Origin: Phoronis australis
Lineage: Eukaryota; Animalia; Phoronida
Reading direction: 5' to 3'
Assembly: GCA_002633005.1 (NCBI GenBank)
Contig: NMRA01000014.1
Location: 1,088,838 to 1,152,837, forward strand
Length of the DNA stretch: 64,000 bases
The position numbers and the translations under genes were made by a program. The notes beneath the pieces are model-generated. The model was not told the origin of the DNA. It made no database searches and saw only the letters and a list, made by a program, of their open reading frames with translations. Every line of letters begins with the position of its first letter. The first letter of the stretch is position 1. Below are positions 13,201 to 24,880 of the stretch, one piece after another.

Positions 13201-16200
13201 AACCTCGCTGACTTTGATTTATGGACAGTGTTGACTACTGCTGCAGCCCCCTAGTGATCATGGCAAATTGTTTTGTATAGTTCAGGTGATAATGTCTGGC
13301 ATCCATTAATGGATGGATCTGACTGCTGCTGTGCCTCAGTAGTGATCTTAGTTTTCTTTATGTGGCAATCTTGGTGTCTATCAGGAATGCATTTGCTAAT
13401 TTTCAGATGACTAGCTTCACACCTCATAGGCTCAATTTTAAGTTCACCATTGTTGACAGTTGCGTAGAAGTGTTTGAAAAAGTTATCACCCTTTATATCA
13501 GTGACATTTGCGATGCTCATGATGCAGCTCAATCTCAATTTGTGTCTATGTGTTGTGTTATGAAATTATAAAAAAATGGATTCAGACTTTTGGTGCATTG
13601 AGCCTATCTGAGCAGCCTGCACACATCTGATGCAACATGCGTTAGGCCACCTGCACTATTTTTTAATGAAGCAGTTATGTAACTTTAGTTTTTTCAAGGA
13701 TTTGTGGTGGTTCAGGATAACATGTTTACCCATCAATGATTGGAGTACCTCAAGAAACGGTAAAAACCAAACTGAATATACATTTTGATCACTATTTCAG
13801 TAGAAGATGAAACCAAATACAATGAAACAATTGAAACTTATAATTTCTGAAAAATACCGTTTCTTTAGAGCTTAATTTCTGCCATATGTAATTGTCATTT
13901 CTGTGTATGCTTGGAGGTAAACCGAGGAGGCAGGAAAGCGTTAAAATGGCGATCTGTTGCATTTGGTGTTTCCGCCTAACCCTGCAAACTTCATGGCCTT
14001 TGCTTTTAGAGAGAGAGTGTTTTAAGCAATAGTTCTTGCAGGAAGCAGATGATTGAAGTAATGGTGAAATTAAATTAAGTCTTACCTTGTCCATCCACCC
14101 CCGTTACTTGTCATGTCACAATCTGAAAGACGTGGCATGTTTAGATTTAAGTGAAATACTTTAAGACCATAGGCGTTTACAAAAGTGTGCGCACATATTA
14201 AGCCACTGTAGAGATGTTTCTGCCATTTTCATCCACCAACATTCATTTGATATTTTTTGTTGAAGAATGTACCCAGATTAAGTAGTTAAAAATGGTCAAA
14301 TGTTTTGCTAACTTGGATAATCCCCCTCTCACGCTGACCTGCAATTTTGTATAATTTAAAAGTAACAGGACTATTACAACTTAAAGATCATGAAGTTACT
14401 TACAGACGTTAATTGACTCTTGGCTACAGTTGGGTTTGATTCTGTAGTATCCATTTCCTTCTGCAAGGCCCCACTCTAGGTACTGTTTGCAAGATTGTGG
14501 GTAACCTGGGAATACCAATCATTAAACATCACAAAACTGCACTGAACAAAACTGTAGTAATGGCTCAAAATTCATATTTCCTTTGCTGAATTTTATCCAG
14601 ATGGTTAATTTATGCGAAAACAGAGTTGTAATAGTTGTAAAATGTAGATGTTTTTACAATTCATGTAACTATATTTATGTTCGTAATTTACTGCAGTTGT
14701 TTACCTCTGTTGTTCACTGCTTCACATTCCTTCAGATACCTGGATGTGTTCTGCAGCATTGTACTAAGATGATCCACTTCTGTCTGTTTGGCTAAAAGAC
14801 CTGCCTGTAACATCTCAACCAGTTTCTCTGACTTTGTTAGCTTATTTTCCAATTCCTTGATTCTTTTCAGTCCATCGTTACCTTCGTTGGGAGACTTTTC
14901 AAGTTGGTCCAGCCTTAAGCAGCATAAAACACATACGGTTATTGCTAATTCTGGTATCCTCCAAGCTGTGCAGAGATTTGGCATTACAAAATAAATCTTG
15001 TGCTCCTACAGCTATAATGCATTTGATGCTGATTAAAATTTTAGTTTGGTCCTGTATGGTTAATCATAATGACTTTCCGTTAATAGAATAATAATAATAA
15101 ATTTTGACTGTATTGACGAAGGAGAGGAGGTTACAGTCACTAAACGTTACCTCTTGTCCTGTTTTGCATTCTCCTCCATTAGCCTCTTGATGTNCAAGTT
15201 CTCAGAAACGACTTGGTAGATTTTACTACAACTTGCAAATTTTAAAATTCATATATCAACCTCATAAATGCTGTTAGGATTTTTAAGTTAATTTTTGTAG
15301 AAATTAATTAATACTAAATGAGTAATTGAATATTCCTAATAGCGTTTTTGATACATATCAGCAAGTTTTCATTTAAAGGAGGTTTCATTAAAATCAACTG
15401 AAGGGTATTTGTGCTATGAAATTCAATGTACCTTTGTTCAAGTTCAAAATGAAAATTTGACTTAACAGGAGGCCATGTTATAATAACAATGACGCATATA
15501 TATAAAGTGTGCTTTTGTCGTCCTTGATCTTTCTTCTTTCAGAAAATACATACTTTTACTGGTTGACACAGCTTAGTTTTTCTGGTAATTGACTTTGAAT
15601 TAACGTTCCTCAACACAGTCCTACATATTTCCCCTTATTACTTTTTGGACTGATATTATTGTCCATTTTGAAAGTGAAGTGCAGTACACTCACTGCAATT
15701 TACAATAAGTAGAATATAAATCGGTAAATAAAACAACAAGAATGGATCAACTGAAATTTGAAATTTTCGGAGGTAACAACTTCCTTTATCAACAAAAACA
15801 GAAATAAAGTAAAATCAAACACGAAATGACAATTGACATATAAGATATGGTGTAATGAAAATGATACATTTTTGCGTAAAAAATTCAATGACATAGTTTA
15901 AGTTTTTATGTTCAATCCATGAGGCTCTATTGTATTCAGTTTGTCTATCCAATATTGTTCTCTTTTAAGTCTGTGAGGGGTATTGGGGTGTTGAAGTAAT
16001 TCATCTCAACAATAGTGTCTTACCAGTGTACTGGTCAGTCCAGGCTGTGCCAGTGGGTGTTCGGCAATTGAACACATTCTCCAGGCCAGAAGACAAGGTA
16101 CTCGACCACTTTGTACCGTTCAGCAATAGCCATGACTGCTCAATGCTGAGACTGATCAAACTGGCACTGGCTCCAAACTCTGCTGATGCAATGCCCATAC

Positions 16201-19200
16201 ATTGTATGAGTTCCTTTGTCCAAGTGACGTCATGGTTACAGGTCCTAGCTCCATTTTTGTAGTAAAGCCTGCCGGATAAAAGACAAGTTTCTATAATTAG
16301 TGCCAAAATTTGTAGTATGTGATTGTTCACAATTTTTGCCATTTTTGGCATTGTACAAAACGTAAATTTTGGGGATTGGGGGGTGGAAGAGATTGCTGCT
16401 ATTATCAAAGCTTCGAACCTTCAAAATTATGTGCATAGAAATGCTCTTCTGTGTTCACGGGAGATTTCAGCCAAACTTTAATAAAAATAAGTTTATGCAG
16501 TGCCGTGTATACTCAGCAATTTAATTCTATTTTCTAACAGTTTAGCCGTTCCTGCTTTTACATGTTGGCAGGAGGTATTGATGTCTGCCACTGTTTTGTT
16601 TGCGCCTGCATCAGGCAGTTTCTTTTTGTGCCTGTCTTAAATATCTACCAAGTTTTGTATAGGATCATGGTGAAATATGACACCGTTTTATTTCGGAGAA
16701 CAATGCTGATGTTGATTTTTGAATGAATTTGACTACTGCCATGCCCCCTTGCGACAATTTTATTTTTGTATCTGCCATATTCTTTTAAAATCATCATGTA
16801 ATTTGGAAGGTGTTTTTCCTTAACCAAAAAAGTAATTGTAGGCGGTCTGGTACACGTTATACCAGACATGCGCAGACCACACATGTAGGACCATTACAGT
16901 GATCACCTGGAACCATTTTTGTGTTTAACCATTGTGTAAGTTATAACTGATCTGAGGAGCTAGATACCTGACTCAAGGGTCTAGTAGTATGCCCCGGTGG
17001 GACTCTAACCCACGACCTTAAGTAAAGGAAGTAGACACTCATATCTCTGGGCCACACCGCCTCCTTTTTTCTTAACAAGGGCACGATTTGCATTGATTTT
17101 CGGACTTCAGTCCATTTTCTGCTCTTCCCGCTGGGGCAGTTGTGCCTTTCTCCCTTCATGAAGTTTGACAGACACATGTCAGTAAAGAAGATACTAGCTT
17201 CTTCCTGGCTTCACACGGCTTCGACATGTTCTTTGCTCCATTGTGACAGTTTTAGTGCTTTGGATCTGTTTGTTAGTTCTGCCTGTCTGTTAGCCAAATG
17301 GTTTGAAGGATAGTTTTTAAATCTTATGGATTACTTTCTCATGATAGAAACCTCGCTGACTTTGATTTATGGACAGTGTTGACTACTGCTGCAGCCCCCT
17401 AGTGATCATAGCAAATTGTTTTGTATGGTTCAGGTGATAATGTCTGTCATCCATTAATGGATGGATCTGACTGCTGTTGTGCCTTGGTAGTGATCTTAGT
17501 TTTCTTTATGTGACAATCTTGGTGTCTATCAGGAATGCTAATTTTCAGATGACTAGCTTCACACCTCATAGGCTCAATTTTAAGTTCACCATTGTTGACA
17601 GTTGCGTAGAAGTGTTTGAAAAAGTTATCAGCCTTTATATCAGTGACATTTGCGATGCTCATGATGCAGCTCAGTCTTAATTTGTGTCTATTGTGTTTTA
17701 TAAAATATGGATTCAGACTTTTGGTGCATTGAGCCTAGCTGAGCAGCCTGCACACATCTGATGCAACATGCATTAGGCCACCTGCACTATTTTTTAATGA
17801 AGCAGTTAAGTAACTTCATTTTCTTCAAGGATTTCTGGTGGTTCAGGATAACATGTTTACCTATCAATGATTGGAGTACCTCAGGAAATGGTAAAAACCA
17901 AACTGAATTTACATTTTAATCACTATTTCAGTAGAAGATGAAACCAAATATAATGAAACAATTGAAACTTATAATTTCTGAAAAATACTGTTTCTTTAGA
18001 GCTTAATTTCTGCCATATGTATTTGTTATTTCTGTATATGCTTGGAGGTACACCGAAGGGGCAGGAAAGCATTAAAATGGCGATCTGTTGTATTTGGTGT
18101 TTCCGCCTAACCCTGCAAACTTCATGGCCTTTGCTTTTAGAGAGGGATTGTTTTAAGCAATTATAAATAGTCCATGCAGGAAGCAGATGATTGAAGTTAT
18201 GGTGAAAATTAAGTCTTACCTCGTCCATCCACCCCCGTTACTTGTCATGTCACAATCTGAAAGACGTGGCATGTTTAGATTTAAGTGAAATACTTTAAGA
18301 CCATAGGCGTTTACAAAAGTGTGCGCACATGTTAAGCCACTGTAGAGATGTTTCTGCCATTTTCGTCCACCAACATCCATTTGATATTTTTTGTTGAAGA
18401 ATGTACCCAGACTAAGTTAGTAGTTAAAAATAGTCAAATGTTTTGCAAACTTGGATAACCCCCCTCTCCTGTTGACCTAAAATTTTGTATAATTTAAAAG
18501 TAACAGGACTATTACAACTTAAAGATCATGAAGTTACTTACAGACGTTAATTGACTCTTGGCTACAGTTGGGTTTGATTCTGTAGTATCCATTTCCTTCT
18601 GCAAGGCCCCACTCTAGGTACTGTTTGCAAGATTGTGGGTAACCTGGGAATACCAATCATTAAACATCACAAAACTGCACTGAACAAAACTGTAGTAATG
18701 GCTCAAAATTCATATTTCCTTTGCTGAATTTTATCCAGATGGTTAATTTATGCGAAAACAGAGTTGTAATAGTTGTAAAATGTAGATGTTTTTACAATTC
18801 ATGTAACTATATTTATGTTCGTAATTTACTGCAGTTGTTTACCTCTGTTGTTCACTGCTTCACATTCCTTCAGATACCTGGATGTGTTCTGCAGCATTGT
18901 ACTAAGATGATCCACTTCTGTCTGTTTGGCTAAAAGACCTGCCTGTAACATCTCAACCAGTTTCTCTGACTTTGTTAGCTTATTTTCCAATTCCTTGATT
19001 CTTTTCAATCCATCGTTACCTTCGTTGGGAGACTTTTCAAGTTGGTCCAGCCTTAAGCAGCATAAAACACATACGGTTATTGCTAATTCTGGTATCCTCC
19101 AAGCTGTGCAGAGATTTGGCATTACAAAATAAATCTTGTGCTCCTACAGCTATAATGCATTTGATGCTGATTAAAATTTTAGTTTGGTCCTGTATGGTTA

Positions 19201-22200
19201 ATCATAATGACTTTCCGTTGATAGAATAATAATAATAAATTTTGACTGTATTGACGAAGGAGAGGAGGTTACAGTCACTAAACGTTACCTCTTGTCCTGT
19301 TTTGCATTCTCCTCCATTAGCCTTTTGATGTCTGCTTCTAGTTGAGCAATTGTCTGCCTCTGGTCACCATCGTTATTGCTGGAGCATGTAGGTGCCAAAC
19401 GTACATTGTACAAGCATTCACCACTCTCAAGTTGACAGCTGCTTGTGATACTTTCTGTGAATCTGACTTGGAATAGTATAACAATGGACAATATTGCCCA
19501 AAACAGTAGACAAGTGATCCCTCTATTCTCAACCATTATTAAACAACAAGTTTAAGCCAATGATTTTATCCAGACTCTATCTGGTCAGTCAACAAAACCC
19601 CAGTTGCTTGGCTACCTTGAGGTGGTCCTTAGTTTTAACTGGTTGTCAGTTTGAAGTAAGGGTTTTATCTGGCCTAGATTTTGCAATGGTTCGCTGTAAG
19701 TTTGTTATGTCTGTGTAATTGTCATGAGAACCTGGTGTATGATAAAGATGTTCCCCTAATGGTTCTTTTAAGTTTGGCTGTGGCCAACATTACCATGGAA
19801 ATGTTTCTAAAATTGTGGCATTTTAAGTGGGATTTGTGGACAACTGTCGATAATTAGATAAATTATGATCTTTTTGCAAAACCTGCACAATTTTCGATTT
19901 CTCGAATTTTGCAAAATTCTTTCTTTTTACATATAAATTTAGTCGTATAACAAACCACAGGTGCCTATTACCTGAATAGTTGACACTTCATGAATTATTT
20001 TACCTATGCAGATATGTGTGCTCACTAGCTATTTTTCCCTTGGATACCTACTGTACGAATTTTTAGAGAGAAATACCGTGTTGCAAGGGTTGTGTACGGA
20101 ATATTTGAGGGTACGAACTGTCAGAGAATTTGCCGTTAACTGATTAAGGTCGTATACACCTAGTATACCAAACCACTCTTATCCTTTGAGATAAAGAACT
20201 TATGTAACCACTTTCCAGTTTTGCTGAGATGTTTTTACTGGTATGTCACTTTGTAATGCAGAATCTCTTATTTCCATTACATTACAAAATAATACAGTTC
20301 ATCCAAAAAGGAAGTGTAGCAGACGAAAGGTATATCTTTGCAAAAATAAGATCATTCATGAGTAAACATAAGATCAGTCATAGTAGTATGCAGGATCATG
20401 CAGCTCTCTGTTTGCTGTCAGCCGCCCACTTATGTGAAAGATTAGTGCTTTGGAAGGCTCTCACACCCTGGGCAAGTGCTGAACGCCCAGGATGTCACCT
20501 AATTGAATGATAAACGGTGCTTTTGCAACATGTCATTTTTATTTCTGTTGGCAGCTCATTTATTTCGCAATATCAGCTTTTTAATGCTATAAGGCCCTTC
20601 GTCGGATGCATGTTCTGTAGGCGATCTTGTATGACCGATAGGTGTTGTGGCTGTGCTCGTTGACAACCACGAAATTCAAATTGTCGGCTGGTTTGTTTCC
20701 ACTTTTAGTCATTGCAATGGGTTTAAATTGTTGTATTTCATTTATGTTGTTTTTATTTTACAAAAATTCTATCTTTTGGGCAGGTACACATTTAGTGTGA
20801 TTTATCAAGATAACTATCCATACAGAGAGTGGACTTGAGTGTACGGAATGATTAAGATCTCTTGATCCATTCCAGTCCATCGTATAACTGTGCATTGGTG
20901 CTAAGCAAAAGACAGTTGGGTAGCTTAGCAATAGACCAGAATTCATATCTGCATTTGAAAACCACTCTCCCTAATATGTAGTTGACCCTAAATGCAAGAT
21001 TTTTGTAATATGTGTATTACAATGTTTTCTAGCTCCTTTGATGAGTATTGTTCAGAAGTGCGTTCTGGTCGGCTGGAGTGGAGCCCAGTTCACAGAGAAG
21101 AGAGATTTTGGAGAGAGAATGCTGGCCGATTTAATGAGAAGAATTATGAACTACTCAAGTAAGGAATCTTGGGTCTGAATAAATTAAGTTGGTTAAGGAA
21201 GGAGTTGCATTTTTGCTAAATGTGACTAAAGTTGAGATCTTAAAGGAAAATTGTCAAAAGTATGTCATTATGTTGTGTGTACTTCTAGAATCTTGATAAA
21301 AATGCTCGACAGTCATAATACCTTCATATTCTTTGTTACTGCTCAATGCATATGCTTGAATGTATTTCCAGAATCTTGATAAAACTGCTTGACAGCCACG
21401 ATCCTCTCATTCTGTCTGTGGCTGCTCATGACATCGGCGAGTACGTCAGACACTACCCACGTGGTAAACAGTAAGTTGATTGAACCATATTTTCCTGCTC
21501 TAGTACTGTCAGTGGTGTCACCTGGTGACGAATACAATAGTATTTCACCTCAAAGGATAGATAATATGGGAACTAGTATATTGACATCATGTTGTTTGGA
21601 CAAGACTTGTTTGCTTCATGTTGAAAGTCTCTGGTAGAAAATACTTTTTGGCAAATTCATGTTCTGAAGTTGCTCTTAGGAATACCATCGTAGTAATCCC
21701 CATGCTGGAAACTAATACCCAAGTATATTCATTAAGAATACAATTAGGTATTTTCCAGAAGCAATGTTGTCAAAATTGATGACTTTGAGGGTGGGTCCTC
21801 TGGAGGCAGTCTTTTTAGGATGGGCCCTCTGGAGGCAGCTTTTTGAGGGTGGGCCCTCTGGAGGCAGCCTTTTTAGGATAAGTGTGTAGCTGGACTTCCA
21901 AATCTGGGGTGATATTTGGCACGTGCGTGACCTGTCTAGCACCCAGAGATTTCAGTAATTACCCAGCTATATAGAGAGCCTGTTGGGATTGTTGTCCAGA
22001 CTCCCTGTTGAAGAATTTATTTGTTGCTTGATTTGACAATTATAGTATTAATTTAAAATCACATCAGTTTTCATAACGTGCAGAATATTATCCGACCGGA
22101 ATTTATATCAACAAAAATAATTATTTCTCACCCTGTTTGTATACTGCTTAATGCAAACTGATTTCCCAAGTTTATGTCAAAATAGTGAAAATGCGACCCA

Positions 22201-23509
22201 AAAGTTTCCCAGAAAGTTAAAAATAGCATGCATCTTAACACACCATCACTTTGTCCATTACATTGACTGCTCTCTTGAGGGTTGATCACAATTCCAGTGT
22301 AACTAATCTTGCAGAAATTCATAAACAGGGAAAACACTGAAATGCAGTTTAACTGACCAGGCAAAATTAAGTTGGAGGTGGAGAGAATAGTTTTGCCATA
22401 TAAATTCTGTCTCTTTTGTATTGGTCCTATTGTGTCCATCTTTTTATCAATTAGAATTTGTTATAAAGTCTTGGCACATTTGTATCAAAAATATATTTTA
22501 GCTGTTTTGCATTTACTCAGTTATTCAGGTTGAAGTTACTGTTTGAATATTGCATCCATGAATACATGGCGGGGCACAGAGTCATATGACCCCTCTTCTC
22601 TTTAAACCCCCCTTTCCTGCAGATGCAACCTGGGACCCCCCTACAGGAAAATGGTATGGCCCAGCACTCAGAGGAAACAACATGAACATCCCACTTTTGC
22701 AGCAACTGTCCTAATATCAAACTGCTGCGAGAAAAAATGAATTTGAAGAGATACCAAAATGTAGACCACATTTAAAACCTGCACATAATGTTTGATTTTA
22801 TTTGCAGTGTGATTGAACAGCTGGGTGGTAAGGAGTTGGTTATGAAGCACTTATCACATGGGGACCCCAATGTGAGATATGAGGCCCTCCTCTCTGTGCA
22901 GAAACTAATGGTGCACAACTGGTGAGTCACAATTTGCAGAGCAAAATGTAGTAACTTTAATCTCCCTTGTCCATTCACTTCAATGCCCACTATGTCTCTG
23001 TTGAGAAATTCTAAAAGTGGGCATGCAATAGTGAATTTGTTGAGAATTCAGGGATGAACTTACACAAAGGTGATTGTGTCGAGGGGGGATTGTTTTTGCA
23101 TGGAAACGGACTTTAGTGAAAATTCTCATTCTGCCCATTGTAGCATGGCATGCACTGTAATTTTCTCTTCTGTTTTTGATGATAGTAAATATCTGACAAT
23201 AGTGCCCAGAACTTCAGGGTGAAAACCCGGGTTACCACTATTCCAACAGCAGGTTTATTATCCAAGATAATTGGGTTTACAGTGTGTCTAGGGTAGAACT
23301 AAATGAAGTGGAAAAGTGGGGTTGATTTACCTTCTATCCAATATACCAGGTTTGTTCATAACCTGTTTACTAGGCTGATCAGTGGTGCTGTTTGGGGCAT
23401 CATCTTGTAGTCTGGTGGGTTACATTTGACTTTCCTTTGTACTTTCAGGGAATATTTAGGAAAGCAACTTGAAACTAAAGATTCAAAGGTGGACGCACCT
23501 GAATTATGA
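1254..23509 (+). CDS. ATP6V1H: V-type proton ATPase subunit H (5'-partial; 12 coding exons in window, about 425 aa)
   Basis: Exons 1254-1353, 1526-1615, 3034-3147, 3632-3736, 5243-5340, 5462-5569, 7203-7287, 7733-7911, 21033-21158, 21372-21470, 22808-22921, 23449-23509 (TGA). All are GT-AG with matching phases. Translation has hallmark motifs [87 protein letters not shown]. The N-terminal exon(s) were not found in 1-1253. Confidence 0.97.
2475..2980. mobile_element. Non-autonomous DNA transposon (MITE), hAT-like termini
   Basis: 13-bp TIRs CAGGGCTTGGAAT (2475) and ATTCCAAGCCCTG (ends 2980); ATATAG directly repeated on both flanks; no coding capacity. Superfamily is inferred from the CAGG ends only. 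Confidence 0.75.
3096..3390 (+). repeat. 69-bp tandem repeat made from the 3' end of an ATP6V1H exon plus its 5' splice site (about 4.3 copies)
   Basis: Junction-equivalent positions at 3147, 3216, 3285, 3354; divergence increases away from the real exon. Confidence 0.9.
3683..3943 (+). repeat. 84/93-bp tandem repeat of ATP6V1H exon 3' end plus donor (3 copies)
   Basis: [18 protein letters not shown]|gtgagt (3736), [18 protein letters not shown]|gtgggt (3820), decayed ...WLKNKLKHH|gtgaga (3913). Confidence 0.9.
3993..4033. repeat. Imperfect (GT/GC)n microsatellite
   Basis: gtgtgcgtgtgcgtgcgtgtgtgcatgcgtgtgtgtgtgtgt. Confidence 0.8.
8651..8731. repeat. 21-bp minisatellite, about 4 copies
   Basis: Unit tcctggaaccccaagtctttg. 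Confidence 0.85.
9819..19536 (-). CDS. Secreted coiled-coil plus fibrinogen-related (FReD-like) protein, about 358 aa, nested antisense in ATP6V1H intron
   Basis: Exons 19536-19289, 19051-18843, 18643-18542, 18256-18220, 16268-16024 (duplicate set 14913-14705, 14505-14404, 14122-14086, 12116-11872), then 10225-10027 and 9855-9819 (TGA). Total 1077 nt, all GT-AG with matching phases. Hydrophobic signal peptide ([29 protein letters not shown]), [13 protein letters not shown], heptad-rich coil, then YPQSCKQY...GYYRIKP...[17 protein letters not shown] (FReD N-terminal signature), ending ...RSVWYR*. Minus-strand AATAAA at 9711-9706. Confidence 0.85.
11375..19332. repeat. About 4-kb direct tandem duplication (11375-15193 vs 15195-19332) joined at an 'n'
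   Basis: Colinear copies, roughly 95% identical on the left and nearly identical on the right. Copy A stops in the middle of exon 1 of the nested gene exactly at the ambiguous base 15194. Copy B has an extra ~280 bp near 15716-15995. Confidence 0.9.
12842..12916 (-). mobile_element. tRNA-derived SINE-like head (second copy 16990-17064)
   Basis: Minus strand GGAGGCGGTGTAGCCCAGAGATATGAG...GTGGGTTAGAGTCCCACCGGGGCA, with degenerate A-box and B-box/T-arm and no clean cloverleaf. Confidence 0.45.
21278..21350 (+). repeat. Degenerate upstream copy of the ATP6V1H acceptor and exon start (83-bp offset)
   Basis: tgtacttctag|aatcttgataaaaatgctcgacagtcataat... vs the real tgtatttccag|aatcttgataaaactgcttgacagccacgat (21372). 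Confidence 0.8.
21786..21878. repeat. 29-bp minisatellite, 3 copies
   Basis: Unit approximately gagggtgggccctctggaggcagcttttt. Confidence 0.8.
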
Positions 23510-23689
23510 TTTCTTATCATCATATCTAGTTGTAATGTATAGGTACATTTTATTTCGGATACAATTGGAAGACATGCGCCATGTCGACGCCAGTCATTAT
23601 TCAGTGTTTTGGGTGACAGAGTTAACATCCGATCTATTTATTGTGTAGTTTTCATTGATGTCTGTAGGTGGCTCTTGATGTGCAATTAC

Positions 23690-23858
23690 AATAAATGTGG
23701 TTATGAATAAAACTAACGTCATTAAACTGTTGTGATGGCTTTCAATACTGCCTTAGAAATTGACAGAAGGGAATTTGTTGTCTGGATGAATGAAAAATAA
23801 GACAGTCTAGTGTTTACTATTCCATAGTGAATTGTGTCATGCCAAATACAATAATAAA
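23690..23858 (+). terminator. Candidate polyadenylation signals of ATP6V1H
   Basis: AATAAA at 23690, 23706 and 23853, downstream of the stop at 23509. Confidence 0.55.
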
Positions 23859-24880
23859 GTATTCATTAGAAACTGTATTGTGTCTAGAAAAACAACAAAA
23901 ACATGTCACACGTACTTAGATACCTAAGGAATGTTTTGAACTAAATGCTTTGTGATACACTACATCTACAAGGCATTGCAGAAGGTGACAAAACAAAAGT
24001 GGTCGGAAGTTAGAGCTGCACTTACTATTGATAACCAGACTGTTTAAATGATGCTCTCAAAATGTGGGTATGAAAAGAAATACGTTCAAAAGATGGGTAA
24101 TGGGGTTCATGTACAATCAGCATCCTAATTTCATCTGAGTGTGTAAACTCATCTTTCAACACTAACCTTTTTATCAATAGCCAATATAGTGCAGGACTGG
24201 ATGAAATCCAGTCACAAATTCAATTTAAACTGGTCACGATGCTCTTGAACATACTTTGTGCCAAGAAAGTTGATTAGGAAAATGTGCTGTTGCAATTGGT
24301 ATTTCACCTCTAGTAATGGAATATCGGTAAGCAGTCCTACTGGAAAGAACTTATAGTTTACAAGCAAAAATTGACCCAACTGCATTGGCACAACAAATGC
24401 ACATACTTGGAGCATCAACAGAAACAAAATGTACAGTCAACTCTTCAGTGTTTGGATAACATCAAAACAATGCGCTTGGCCAATCCTAAATTTTGGTGAG
24501 TGAGACTAGCAGAAACGACCTAAAGAACTCATTCACAAACATTTCGCAAAGTTGGCCTTTTTTGCATGAATTCTGCATACATTTCACTGCAAACTAGCGC
24601 ATGGTCGTTGCACACAAACTTAAAAAACTTGTCTTATATCTCTATCCAAGGAACAGGTGAACTACAGGAAGCAGTGAGTGAAAGTTATCCACCAAATAAT
24701 CTATGGCAATCTAATGATATATGTCATTTCATTGTCACTGCAGTATTAAAAAACAGACATACGTTTACGACCAGCTTGTCACATTGGTATTGCCGCCTCA
24801 TATTATGGTCATCAAATTAAATGCACCTGATTTCAACATTCAGGCATTCATTAAGTTTCATATCTATTGTCCAGCCAAGG

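Noticed and set aside
17923-18228. 101-aa ORF (and twin 13792-14094) as an exon of the nested gene
   Set aside because: No similarity to the domain, and exon 4 joins exon 5 in phase without it.
18876-18878. Alternative donor AG|GTATCT in nested-gene exon 2
   Set aside because: It gives phase 2, incompatible with the phase-1 start of exon 3; the donor at 18843 fits.
11375-19332. Two separate paralogous FReD-like genes
   Set aside because: Only one start exon and one pair of terminal exons exist; copy A begins mid-exon at the 'n'.
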